NCBI GenBank assembly: GCA_964016885.1 | Contig: OZ024742.1 | Location: forward strand, 377,766,001-377,830,000 | Reading direction: 5' to 3' | Length of the DNA: 64,000 bases | From: Eledone cirrhosa | Lineage: Eukaryota | Part shown: positions 11,101-26,200 of the stretch, in pieces | Position numbering within the stretch: the stretch's first letter is position 1 | Layout: the number at the start of each line of letters is the position of its first letter | Made by a program: the position numbers and the translations under genes | Notes under the pieces: model-generated | Database searches by the model: none | The model's input: only the letters and a program-made list of their open reading frames with translations | What the model was told of the DNA's origin: nothing

Positions 11101-14100
11101 CTGTCACTTGTTAAACTATCTCTACAGAAGACTAGAACATATTTCTACTTCTGTCACTTGTTAAACTATCTCTACAGAAGACTAGAACGTAGAACATATT
11201 TCTACTTCTGTCACTTGTTAAACTATCTCTACAGAAGACTAAATCATATTTCTACTTCTGTCACTTGTTAAACTATCTCTACAGAAGACTAGAACATAGA
11301 ACATATTTCTACTTCTGTCACTTGTTAAACTATCTCTACAGAAGACTAGAACATAATTCTACTTCTTTCACTTGTTAAACTATCTCTACAGAAGACTAGA
11401 ACATAATTCTACTTCTTTCACTTGTTAAACTATCTCTACAGAAGTCTAGAACATAATTCCACTACTGTCACTTGTTAAACTATCTCTACAGAAGACTAGA
11501 ACATAATTCTACTTCTTTCACTTGTTAAACTATCTCTACAGAAGACTAGAACATAATTCTACTTCTTTCACTTGTTAAACTATCTCTACACAAGACTAGA
11601 ACATAGAACATATTTCTACTTGTGTCACTTGTTAAACTATCTCTACAGAAGACTAGAACATAGAACATATTTCTACTTCTGTCACTTGTTAAACTATCTC
11701 TACAGAAGACTAAAACATATTTCTACTTCTGTCACATGTTAAACTATCTCTACAGAAGACTAGAACATAATTCTACTTCTTTCACTTGTTAAACTATCTC
11801 TACAGAAGACTAGAACATAATTCTACTTCTGTCACTTGTTAAACTATCTCTACAGAAGACTAGAACTAATTTCTACTTCTGTCAGTTGTTAAACTGTCAC
11901 TAAAGAAGACTTGAACATATTTCTTCTTCTGTCACTTGTTAAACTATCTCTACAGAAGACTAGAACATAGAACATATTTCTGCTTCTGTCACTTGTTAAA
12001 CTATCTCTACAGAAGACTAAATCATATTTCTACTTCTGTCACTTGTTAAACTATCTCTACAGAAGACAAAACATAATTCTACTTCTTTCACTTGTTAAAC
12101 TATCTCTACAGAAGACTAGAACATAATTCTACTTCTTTCACTTGTTAAACTATCTCTACAGAAGAATAGAACATAATTCTACTTCTGTCACTTGTTAAAC
12201 TATCTCTACAGAAGACTAGAACATAGAACATATTTCTACTTCTGTCACTTGTTAAACTATCTCTACAGAAGACTAAAGCATATTTCTACTTCTGTCACTT
12301 GTTAAACTATCTCTACAGAAGACTAGAACATAATTCTACTTCTTTCACTTGTTAAACTATCTCTACACAAGACTAGAACATAATTCTACTTCTGTCACTT
12401 GTTAAACTATCTCTACAGAAGACTAGAACTAATTTCTACTTCTGTCAGTTGTTAAACTATCACTAAAGAAGACTTGAACATATTTCTTCTTCTGTCACTT
12501 GTTAAACTATCTCTACAGAAGACTAGAACATAGAACATATTTCTGCTTCTGTCACTTGTTAAACTATCTCTACAGAAGACTAAAACATATTTCTACTTCT
12601 GTCACTTGTTAAACTATCTCTACAGAAGACTAGAACATAATTCTACTTCTGTCACTTGTTAAACTATCTCTACAGAAGACTAGAGCATATTTCTACTTCT
12701 GTCACTTGTTAAACTATCTCTACAGAAGACTAGAACATATTTCTACTTCTGTCACTTGTTAAACTATCTCTACAGAAGACTAGAACGTAGAACATATTTC
12801 TACTTCTGTCACTTGTTAAACTATCTCTACAGAAGACTAAATCATATTTCTACTTCTGTCACTTGTTAAACTATCTCTACAGAAGACAAAACATAATTCT
12901 ACTTCTTTCACTTGTTAAACTATCTCTACAGAAGACTAGAACATAATTCTACTTCTTTCACTTGTTAAACTATCTCTACAGATGTCTAGAACATAATTCC
13001 ACTACTGTCACTTGTTAAACTATCTCTACAGAAGACTAGAACATAATTCTACTTCTTTCACTTGTTGAACTATCTCTACAGAAGACTAGAACATAATTCT
13101 ACTTTTTTCACTTGTTAAACTATCTCTACACAAGACTAGAACATAGAACATATTTCTACTTGTGTCACTTGTTAAACTATCTCTACAGAAGACTAGAACA
13201 TAAAACATATTTCTACTTCTGTCACTTGTTAAACTATCTCTACAGAAGACTAAAACATATTTCTACTTCTGTCACATGTTAAACTATCTCTACAGAAGAC
13301 TAGAACATAATTCTACTTCTTTCACTTGTTAAACTATCTCTACAGAAGACTAGAACATAATTCTACTTCTTTCACTTGTAAAACTATCTCTACAGAAGAC
13401 TAGAACATAATTCTACTTCTGTCACTTGTTAAACTATCTCTACAGAAGACTAGAACATAATTCTACTTCTGTCACTTGTTAAACTATCTCTACAGAAGAC
13501 TAGAACTAATTTCTACTTCTGTCAGTTGTTAAACTATCACTAAAGAAGACTTGAACATATTTCTACTTCTGTCACTTGTTAAACTATCTCTACAGAAGAC
13601 TAGAACATAGAACATATTTCTGCTTCTGTCACTTGTTAAACTATCTCTACAGAAGACTACGACATATTTCTACATCTTTCACTTGTTAAACTATCTCTAC
13701 AGAAGACTAGAACATATTTCTACTACTGTCCCTTGTTAAACTCTCTCTACAGAAGACTAGAACATATTTCTACTTCTGTCACTTGTTAAACTATCTCTAC
13801 AGAAGACTAAATCATATTTCTACTTCTGTCACTTGTTAAACTATCTCTACAGAAGACAAAACATAATTCTACTTCTTTCACTTGTTAAACTATCTCTACA
13901 GAAGACTAGAACATAATTCTACTTCTTTCACTTGTTAAACTATCTCTACAGAAGACTAGAACATAATTCTACTTCTGTCACTTGTTAAACTATCTCTACA
14001 GAAGACTAGAACTAATTTCTACTTCTGTCAGTTGTTAAACTATCACTAAAGAAGACTTGAACATATTTCTTCTTCTGTCACTTGTTAAACTATCTCTACA

Positions 14101-17100
14101 GAAGACTGGAACATAGAACATATTTCTGCTTCTGTCACTTGTTAAACTATCTCTACAGAAGACTAAATCATATTTCTACTTCTGTCACTTGTTAAACTAT
14201 CTCTACAGAAGACTAAATCATATTTCTACTTCTGTCACTTGTTAAACTATCTCTACAGAAGACAAAACATAATTCTACTTCTTTCACTTGTTAAACTATC
14301 TCTACAGAAAACTAGAACATAATTCTACTTCTGTCACTTGTTAAACTATCTCTACAGAAGACTAGAACTAATTTCTACTTCTGTCAGTTGTTAAACTATC
14401 ACTAAAGAAGACTTGAACATATTTCTTCTTCTGTCACTTGTTAAACTATCTCTACAGAAGACTAGAACATAGAACATATTTCTGCTTCTGTCACTTGTTA
14501 AACTATCTCTACAGAAGACTAGAACATAGAACATATTTCTGCTTCTGTCACTTGTTAAACTATCTCTACAGAAGACTAAAACATATTTCTACTTCTGTCA
14601 CTTGTTAAACTATCTCTACAGAAGACTAGAACATAATTCTACTTCTGTCACTTGTTAAACTATCTCTACAGAAGACTAGAACATATTTCTACTTCTGTCA
14701 CTTGATAAACTATCTCTACAGAAGACTAGAACATATTTCTACTTCTGTCACTTGTTAAACTATCTCTACAGAAGACTAGAACGTAGAACAAATTTCTACT
14801 TCTGTCACTTGTTAAACTATCTCTACAGAAGACTAAATCATATTTCTACTTCTGTCACTTGTTAAACTATCTCTACAGAAGACAAAACATAATTCTACTT
14901 CTTTCACTTGTTAAACTATCTCTACAGAAGACTAGAACATAATTCTACTTCTTTCACTTGTTAAACTATCTCTACAGAAGTCTAGAACATAATTCCACTA
15001 CTGTCACTTGTTAAACTATCTCTACAGAAGACTAGAACATAATTCTACTTCTTTCACTTGTTAAACTATCTCTACAGAAGACTAGAACATAATTCTACTT
15101 CTTTCACTTGTTAAACTATCTCTACAGAAGACTAGAACATAGAACATATTTCTACTTGTGTCACTTGTTAAACTATCTCTACAGAAGACTAGAACATAGA
15201 ACATATTTCTACTTCTGTCACTTGTTAAACTATCTCTACAGAAGACTAAAACATATTTCTACTTCTGTCACTTGTTAAACTATCTCTACAGAAGACTAGA
15301 ACATAATTCTACTTCTTTCACTTGTTAAACTATCTCTACAGAAGACTAGAACATAATTCTACTTCTTTCACTTGTAAAACTATCTCTACAGAAGACTAGA
15401 ACATAATTCTACTTCTGTCACTTGTTAAACTATCTCTACAGAAGACTAGAACATAATTCTACTTCTGTCACCTGTTAAACTATCTCTACAGAAGACTAGA
15501 ACTAATTTCTACTTCTGTCAGTTGTTAAACTATCACTAAAGAAGACTTGAACATATTTCTACTTCTGTCACTTGTTAAACTATCTCTACAGAAGACTAGA
15601 ACATAGAACATATTTCTGCTTCTGTCACTTGTTAAACTATCTCTACAGAAGACTACGACATATTTCTACATCTTTCACTTGTTAAACTATCTCTACAGAA
15701 GACTAGAACATATTTCTACTACTGTCCCTTGTTAAACTCTCTCTACAGAAGACTAGAACATATTTCTACTACTGTCCCTTGTTAAACTATCTCTACAGAA
15801 GACTAGAACATATTTCTACTTTGTCACTTGTTAAACTATCTCTACAGAAGACTAAATCATTATTTCTACTTCTGTCACTTGTTAAACTATCTCTACAGAA
15901 GACAAAACATAATTCTACTTCTTTCACTTGTTAAACTATCTCTACAGAAGACTAGAACATAATTCTACTTCTTTCACTTGTTAAACTATCTCTACAGAAG
16001 AATAGAACATAATTCTACTTCTGTCACTTGTTAAACTATCTCTACAGAAGACTAGAACATAGAACATATTTCTACTTCTGTCACTTGTTAAACTATCTCT
16101 ACAGAAGACTAAAACATATTTCTACTTCTGTCACTTGTTAAACTATCTCTACAGAAGACTAGAACATAATTCTACTTCTTTCACTTGTTAAACTATCTCT
16201 ACAGAAGACTAGAACATAATTCTAATTCTGTCACTTGTTAAACTATCTCTACAGAAGACTAGAACTAATTTCTACTTCTGTCAGTTGTTAAACTATCACT
16301 AAAGAAGACTTGAACATATTTCTTCTTCTGTCACTTGTTAAACTATCTCTACAGAAGACTAGAACATAGAACATATTTCTGCTTCTGTCACTTGTTAAAC
16401 TATCTCTACAGAAGACTAAATCATATTTCTACTTCTGTCACTTGTTAAACTATCTCTACAGAAGACTAAATCATATTTCTACTTCTGTCACTTGTTAAAC
16501 TATCTCTACAGAAGACAAAACATAATTCTACTTCTTTCACTTGTTAAACTATCTCTACAGAAGACTAGAACATAATTCTACTTCTGTCACTTGTTAAACT
16601 ATCTCTACAGAAGACTAGAACATAATTCTACTTCTTTCACTTGTTAAACTATCTCTACAGAAGACTAGAACATAATTCTACTTCTGTCACTTGTTAAACT
16701 ATCTCTACAGAAGACTAGAACATAGAACATATTTCTACTTCTGTCACTTGTTAAACTATCTCTACAGAAGACTAAAACATATTTCTACTACTGTCCCTTG
16801 TTAAACTCTCTCTACAGAAGACTAGAACATATTTCTACTACTGTCCCTTGTTAAACTATCTCTACAGAAGACTAGAACATATTTCTACTTCTGTCACTTG
16901 TTAAACTATCTCTACAGAAGACTACGACATATTTCTACATCTGTCACTTGTTAAACTATCTCTACAGAAGACTAGAACATATTTCTACTTCTGTTACTTG
17001 TTACACTATCTCTACAGAAGACTAGAACATAATTCTACTTCTGTCACTTGTTAACCTATCTCTACAGAAGACTAGAACGTAGAACATATTTCTAATTCTG

Positions 17101-17279
17101 TCACTTGTTAAACTATCTCTACAGAAGACTAAATCATATTTCTACTTCTGTCACTTGTTAAACTATCTCTACAGAAGACTAGAACATAGAATATATTTCT
17201 GCTTCTGTCACTTGTTAAAGTATCTCTATAGAACACTAGAACATATTACTACTTCTGTCACTTGTTAAACTATCTCTAC

Positions 17280-20200
17280 AGAAGACTAGAACATATTTCT
17301 ACTTCTGTCACTTGTTAAACTATCTCTACAGAAGACTAGAACATAATTCTACTTCTGTCACTTGTTAAACTATCTCTACAGAAGACTAGAACATAATTCT
17401 ACTTCTTTCACTTGTTAAACTATCTCTACAGAAGACTAGAACATAATTCTACTTCTTTCACTTGTTAATCTATCTCTACAGAAGACTAGAACATAATTCT
17501 ACTTCTGTCACTTGTTAAACTATCTCTACAGAAGACTAAAACATATTTCTACTTCTGTCACTTGTTAAACTATCTCTACAGAAGACTAGAACATATTTCT
17601 ACTTCTTTCACTTGTTAAACTATCTCTACAGAAGGCTAGAACATAATTCTACTTCTTTCACTTGTTAAACTATCTCTACAGAAGACTAGAACATAATCCT
17701 ACTTCTGTCACTTGTTAAACTATCTCTACAGAAGACTAGAACATAGAGCATATTTCTACTTCTGTTACTTGTTACACTATCTCTACAGAAGACTAGAACA
17801 TGATTCTACTACTCTCACTTGTTAAACTACCTCTACAGAAGACAAGAACATATTTCTACTTCTGTCACTTGTTAAACTACCTCAACAGAAGAATAGAACA
17901 CATTTCTACTTCTGTCACTTGTTAAACTATCTCTAAAGAAGACTAGAACATATTTCTACTTCTGTCACATGTTAAACTATCTCTGCAGAAGACTAGAACA
18001 TATTTCTACTCCTGTCACTCGTTAAATTATCTCTACAGAACACTAGAAAATAATTCTACTTCTTTCACATGTTAAACTATCTCTACAGAAGACTAGAACA
18101 TAATTCTACTTCTTTCACATGTTAAACCATCTCTACAGAAGACTAGAACATAATTCTACTTCTGTCACTTGTTAAACTATCTCTACAGAAGGCTAGAACA
18201 TAATTCTACTTCTTTCACATGTTAAACTATATCTACAGAAGACTAGAACATAATTCTACTTCTGTCACTTGTTAACCTATCTCTACAGATGACTAGAACA
18301 TAATTCTACTTCTTTCACTTGTTAAACTATCTCTACAGAAGACTAGAACATATTTCTACTATTGTCACATGTTAACCTATCTCTACAGAAGACTAGAACA
18401 TAATTCTACTTCTGTCACATGTTAAACTATCTCTACAGAAGACTAGAACATATTTCTACTTCTGTCACTTGTTAAACTATCTCTACAGAAGACTAGAACA
18501 TATTTCTAAATCTGTCACTTGTTAAACTATCTCTACAGAAGACTAGAACATATTTCTACTTCTGTCACTTGTTAAACTATCTCTACAGAAGACTAGAACG
18601 TAGAACATATTTCTACTTCTGTCACTTGTTAAACTACCTCTACAGAAGACTAAATCATATTTCTATTTCTGTCACTTGTTAAACTATCTCTACAGAAGAC
18701 AAAACATAATTCTACTACTTTCACTTTTTAAACTATCTCTACAGAAGACTAGAACATAATTCTACTTCTTTCACTTGTTAAACTATCTCTACAGAAGACT
18801 AGAACATAATTCTACTTCTTTCACTTGTTAAACTATCTCTACAGAAGACTAGAACATAGAACATATTTCTACTTCTGTCACTTGTTAAACTATCTCTACA
18901 GAAGACTAAAACATATTTCTACTTCTGTCACTTGTTAAACTATCTCTACAGAAGACTAGAACATAATTCTACTTCTCTCACTTGTTAAACTATCTCTACA
19001 GAAGACTAGAACATAATTCCACTTCTGTAACTTGTTAAACTATCTCTACAGAATACTAGAACTTATTTCTACTTCTGTCACATGATAAACTATCTCTACA
19101 GAAGACTAGAACATATTTCTAGTTCTGTCACTTGTTAAACTATCTCTACAGAAGACTAGAACATATTTCTACTTCTGTCACTTGTTAAACTATCTCTACA
19201 GAAGACTAGAACATAATTTTACTTCTGTCACTTGTTAAACTATCTCTACAGAAGACTAGAACATAATTCTACTTCTTTCACTTGTTAAACTATCTCTACA
19301 GAAGACTAGAACATAATTCTACTTCTTTCACTTGTTAATCTAACTCTACAGAAGACTAGAACATAATTCTACATCTGTCACTTGTTAAACTATCTCTACA
19401 GAAGACTAGAACATAATTCTACTTCTGTCACTTGTTAAACTATCTCTACAGAAGACTAGAACTAATTTCTACTTCTGTCAGTTGTTAAACTATCACTAAA
19501 GAAGACTTGAACATATTTCTACTTCTGTCACTTGTTAAACTATCTCTACAGAAGACTAGAACATAGAACATATTTCTGCTTCTGTCACTTGTTAAAGTAT
19601 CTCTACAGAAGACTAGGACATATTACTACTTCTGTCACTTGTTAAACTATCTCTACAAAAGACTAGAACATATTTCTACTACTGTCCCTTGTTAAACTCG
19701 CTCTACAGAAGACTAGAACATATTTCTACTACTGTCCCTTGTTAAACTATCTCTACAGAAGACTAGTACATATTTCTACTTCTGTCACTTGTTAAACTAT
19801 CTCTACAGAAGACTAGAACGTAGAACATATTTCTACTTCTGTCACTTGTTAAACTACCTCTACAGAAGACTAAATCATATTTCTACTTCTGTCACTTGTT
19901 AAACTATCTCTACAGAAGACTAGAACATGATTCTACTTCTGTCACTTGTTAAACTATCTCTACAGAAGACTAGAACTAATTTCTACTTCTGTCAGTTGTT
20001 AAACTATCACTAAAGAAGACTTGAACATATTTCTACTTCTGTCACTTGTTAAACTATCTCTACAGAAGACTAGAACATAGAACATATTTCTGCTTCTGTC
20101 ACTTGTTAAAGTATCTCTACAGAAGACTAGGACATATTACTACTTCTGTCACTTGTTAAACTATCTCTACAAAAGACTAGAACATATTTCTACTACTGTC

Positions 20201-23200
20201 CCTTGTTAAACTCACTCTACAGAAGACTAGAACATATTTCTACTACTGTCCCTTGTTAAACTATCTCTACAGAAGACTAGAACATATTTCTACTTCTGTC
20301 ACTTGTTAAACTATCTCTACAGAAGACTAGAACGTAGAACATATTTCTACTTCTGTCACTTGTTAAACTACCTCTACAGAAGACTAAATCATATTTCTAC
20401 TTCTGTCACTTGTTAAACTATCTCTACAGAAGACTAGAACATGATTCTACTACTCTCACTTGTTAAACTACCTCTACAGAAGACAAGAACATATTTCTAC
20501 TTCTGTCACTTGTTAAACTACCTCAACAGAAGAATAGAACACATTTCTACTTCTGTCACTTGTTAAACTATCTCTAAAGAAGACTAGAACATATTTCTAC
20601 TTCTGTCACATGTTAAACTATCTCTGCAGAAGACTAGAACATATTTCTACTCCTGTCACTCGTTAAATTATCTCTACAGAACACTAGAAAATAATTCTAC
20701 TTCTTTCACATGTTAAACTATCTCTACAGAAGACTAGAACATAATTCTACTTCTTTCACATGTTAAACCATCTCTACAGAAGACTAGAACATAATTCTAC
20801 TTCTGTCACTTGTTAAACTATCTCTACAGAACGCTAGAACATAATTCTACTTCTTTCACATGTTAAACTATATCTACAGAGGACTAGAACATAATTCTAC
20901 TTCTGTCACTTGTTAACCTATCTCTACAGATGACTAGAACATAATTCTACTTCTGTCACTTGTTAAACTATCTCTACAGAAGACTTGAACGTAGAACATA
21001 TTTCTACTTCTGTCACTTGTTAAACTACCTCTACAGAAGACTAAATCATATTTCTACTTCTGTCACTTGTTAAACTATCTCTACAGAAGACTAAAACATA
21101 TTTCTACTTCTGTCACTTGTTAAACTATCTCTACAGAAGACTAGAACATATTTCTACTTCTTTCACTTGTTAAACTATCTCTACAGAAGACTAGAACATA
21201 ATTCTACTTCTTTCACTTGTTAAACTATCTCTACAGAAGACTAGAACATAATCCTACTTCTGTCACTTGTTAAACTATCTCTACAGAAGACTAGAACATA
21301 GAACATATTTCTACTTCTGTTACTTGTTACACTATCTCTACAGAAGACTAGAACATGATTCTACTACTCTCACTTGTTAAACTACCTCTACAGAAGACAA
21401 GAACATATTTCTACTTCTGTCACTTGTTAAACTACCTCAACAGAAGAATAGAACACATTTCTACTTCTGTCACTTGTTAAACTATCTCTAAAGAAGACTA
21501 GAACATATTTCTACTTCTGTCACATGTTAAACTATCTCTGCAGATGACTAGAACATATTTCTACTCCTGTCACTCGTTAAATTATCTCTACAGAACACTA
21601 GAAAATAATTCTACTTCTTTCACATGTTAAACTATCTCTACAGAAGACTAGAACATAATTCTACTTCTTTCACATGTTAAACCATCTCTACAGAAGACTA
21701 GAACATAATTCTACTTCTGTCACTTGTTAAACTATCTCTACAGAAGGCTAGAACATAATTCTACTTCTTTCACATGTTAAACTATATCTACAGAAGACTA
21801 GAACATAATTCTACTTCTGTCACTTGTTAACCTATCTCTACAGATGACTAGAACATAATTCTACTTCTTTCACTTGTTAAACTATCTCTACAGAAGACTA
21901 GAACATATTTCTACTATTGTCACATGTTAACCTATCTCTACAGAAGACTAGAACATAATTCTACTTCTGTCACATGTTAAACTATCTCTACAGAAGACTA
22001 GAACATATTTCTACTTCTGTCACTTGTTAAACTATCTCTACAGAAGACTAGAACATATTTCTAAATCTGTCACTTGTTAAACTATCTCTACAGAAGACTA
22101 GAACATATTTCTATTTCTGTCACTTGTTAAACTATCTCTACAGAAGACTAGAACGTAGAACATATTTCTACTTCTGTCACTTGTTAAACTACCTCTACAG
22201 AAGACTAAATCATATTTCTATTTCTGTCACTTGTTAAACTATCTCTACAGAAGACAAAACATAATTCTACTACTTTCACTTGTTAAACTATCTCTACAGA
22301 AGACTAGAACATAGAACATATTTCTACTTCTGTCACTTGTTAAACTATCTCTACAGAAGACTAAAACATATTTCTACTTCTGTCACTTGTTAAACTATCT
22401 CTACAGAAGACTAGAACATAATTCTACTTCTCTCACTTGTTAAACTATCTCTACAGAAGACTAGAACATAATTCCACTTCTGTAACTTGTTAAACCATCT
22501 CTACAGAATACTAGAACTTATTTCTACTTCTGTCACATGATAAACTATCTCTACAGAAGACTAGAACATATTTCTAGTTCTGTCACTTGTTAAACTATCT
22601 CTACAGAAGACTAGAACATATTTCTACTTCTGTCACTTGTTAAACTATCTCTACAGAAGACTAGAACATAATTCTACTTCTGTCACTTGTTAAACTATCT
22701 CTACAGAAGACTAGAACATAATTCCACTTCTTTCACTTGTTAAACTATCTCTACAGAAGACTAGAACATAATTCTACTTCTTTCACTTGTTAATCTATCT
22801 CTACAGAAGACTAGAACATAATTCTACTTCTGTCACTTGTTAAACTATCTCTACAGAAGACTAAAACATATTTCTACTTCTGTCACTTGTTAAACTATCT
22901 CTACAGAAGACTAGAACATATTTCTACTTCTTTCACTTGTTAAACTATCTCTACAGAAGACTAGAACATAATTCTACTTCTTTCACTTGTTAAACTATCT
23001 CTACAGAAGACTAGAACATATTTCTACTTCTGTCACTTGTTAAACTATCTCTACAGAAGACTAAAACATATTTCTACTTCTGTTACTTGTTACACTATCT
23101 CTACAGAAGACTAGAACATGATTCTACTACTCTCACTTGTTAAACTACCTCTACAGAAGACAAGAACATATTTCTACTTCTGTCACTTGTTAAACTACCT

Positions 23201-26200
23201 CAACAGAAGAATAGAACACATTTCTACTTCTGTCACTTGTTAAACTATCTCTAAAGAAGACTAGAACATATTTCTACTTCTGTCACATGTTAAACTATCT
23301 CTGCAGAAGACTAGAACATATTTCTACTCCTGTCACTCGTTAAATTATCTCTACAGAACACTAGAAAATAATTCTACTTCTTTCACATGTTAAACTATCT
23401 CTACAGAAGACTAGAACATAATTCTACTTCTTTCACATGTTAAACCATCTCTACAGAAGACTAGAACATAATTCTACTTCTGTCACTTGTTAAACTATCT
23501 CTACATAAGGCTAGAACATAATTCTACTTCTTTCACATGTTAAACTATATCTACAGAAGACTAGAACATAATTCTACTTCTGTCACTTGTTAACCTATCT
23601 CTACAGATGACTAGAACATAATTCTACTTCTTTCACTTGTTAAACTATCTCTACAGAAGACTAGAACATATTTCTACTATTGTCACATGTTAACCTATCT
23701 CTACAGAAGACTAGAACATAATTCTACTTCTGTCACATGTTAAACTATCTCTACAGAAGACTAGAACATATTTCTACTTCTGTCACTTGTTAAACTATCT
23801 CTACAGAAGACTAGAACATATTTCTAAATCTGTCACTTGTTAAACTATCTCTACAGAAGACTAGAACATATTTCTACTTCTGTCACTTGTTAAACTATCT
23901 CTACAGAAGACTAGAACGTAGAACATATTTCTACTTCTGTCACTTGTTAAACTACCTCTACAGAAGACTAAATCATATTTCTATTTCTGTCACTTGTTAA
24001 ACTATCTCTACAGAAGACAAAACATAATTCTACTACTTTCACTTGTTAAACTATCTCTACAGAAGACTAGAACATAATTCTACTTCTTTCACTTGTTAAA
24101 CTATCTCTACAGAAGACTAGAACATAATTCTACTTCTTTCACTTGTTAAACTATCTCTACAGAAGACTAGAACATAGAACATATTTCTACTTCTGTCACT
24201 TGTTAAACTATCTCTACAGAAGACTAAAACATATTTCTACTTCTGTCACTTGTTAAACTATCTCTACAGAAGACTAGAACATAATTCTACTTCTCTCACT
24301 TGTTAAACTATCTCTACAGAAGACTAGAACATAATTCCACTTCTGTAACTTGTTAAACTATCTCTACAGAATACTAGAACTTATTTCTACTTCTGTCACA
24401 TGATAAACTATCTCTACAGAAGACTAGAACATATTTCTAGTTCTGTCACTTGTTAAACTATCTCTACAGAAGACTAGAACATATTTCTACTTCTGTCACT
24501 TGTTAAACTATCTCTACAGAAGACTAGAACATAATTTTACTTCTGTCACTTGTTAAACTATCTCTACAGAAGACTAGAACATAATTCTACTTCTTTCACT
24601 TGTTAAACTATCTCTACAGAAGACTAGAACATAATTCTACTTCTTTCACTTGTTAATCTAACTCTACAGAAGACTAGAACATAATTCTACATCTGTCACT
24701 TGTTAAACTATCTCTACAGAAGACTAGAACATAATTCTACATCTGTCACTTGTTAAACTATCTCTACAGAAGACTAGAACTAATTTCTACTTCTGTCAGT
24801 TGTTAAACTATCACTAAAGAAGACTTGAACATATTTCTACTTCTGTCACTTGTTAAACTATCTCTACAGAAGACTAGAACATAGAACATATTTCTGCTTC
24901 TGTCACTTGTTAAAGTATCTCTACAGAAGACTAGGACATATTACTACTTCTGTCACTTGTTAAACTATCTCTACAAAAGACTAGAACATATTTCTACTAC
25001 TGTCCCTTGTTAAACTCGCTCTACAGAAGACTAGAACATATTTCTACTACTGTCCCTTGTTAAACTATCTCTACAGAAGACTAGTACATATTTCTACTTC
25101 TGTCACTTGTTAAACTATCTCTACAGAAGACTAGAACGTAGAACATATTTCTACTTCTGTCACTTGTTAAACTACCTCTACAGAAGACTAAATCATATTT
25201 CTACTTCTGTCACTTGTTAAACTATCTCTACAGAAGACTAGAACATGATTCTACTTCTGTCACTTGTTAAACTATCTCTACAGAAGACTAGAACTAATTT
25301 CTACTTCTGTCAGTTGTTAAACTATCACTAAAGAAGACTTGAACATATTTCTACTTCTGTCACTTGTTAAACTATCTCTACAGAAGACTAGAACATAGAA
25401 CATATTTCTGCTTCTGTCACTTGTTAAAGTATCTCTACAGAAGACTAGGACATATTACTACTTCTGTCACTTGTTAAACTATCTCTACAAAAGACTAGAA
25501 CATATTTCTACTACTGTCCCTTGTTAAACTCGCTCTACAGAAGACTAGAACATATTTCTACTACTGTCCCTTGTTAAACTATCTCTACAGAAGACTAGAA
25601 CATATTTCTACTTCTGTCACTTGTTAAACTATCTCTACAGAAGACTAGAACGTAGAACATATTTCTACTTCTGTCACTTGTTAAACTACCTCTACAGAAG
25701 ACTAAATCATATTTCTACTTCTGTCACTTGTTAAACTATCTCTACAGAAGACTAGAACATGATTCTACTACTCTCACTTGTTAAACTACCTCTACAGAAG
25801 ACAAGAACATATTTCTACTTCTGTCACTTGTTAAACTACCTCAACAGAAGAATAGAACACATTTCTACTTCTGTCACTTGTTAAACTATCTCTAAAGAAG
25901 ACTAGAACATATTTCTACTTCTGTCACATGTTAAACTATCTCTGCAGAAGACTAGAACATATTTCTACTCCTGTCACTCGTTAAATTATCTCTACAGAAC
26001 ACTAGAAAATAATTCTACTTCTTTCACATGTTAAACTATCTCTACAGAAGACTAGAACATAATTCTACTTCTTTCACATGTTAAACCATCTCTACAGAAG
26101 ACTAGAACATAATTCTACTTCTGTCACTTGTTAAACTATCTCTACAGAACGCTAGAACATAATTCTACTTCTTTCACATGTTAAACTATATCTACAGAGG

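Larger units (their letters stand above)
1..16750. repeat. Satellite sub-domain A (left): short, irregular higher-order periodicity
   Basis: The marker variant gaactaatttc...cagttg...tcactaaagaagacttg occurs 20 times (cag at 971, 2098, 2968, 3931, 4851, 5771, 6534, 7618, 7975, 8538, 9672, 10228, 10791, 11883, 12446, 13523, 14029, 14385, 15519, 16282). Right-domain markers (catgattc, cctcaacag, cactcgttaaatt) are absent. Confidence 0.85.

Noticed and set aside
15815-15870. Isolated 1-bp indels (actttgtc ~15821, tcattattt ~15860; also ~37137 and tagacat ~42724)
   Set aside because: They are singletons not shared by duplicate blocks and cannot be distinguished from sequencing or consensus errors.
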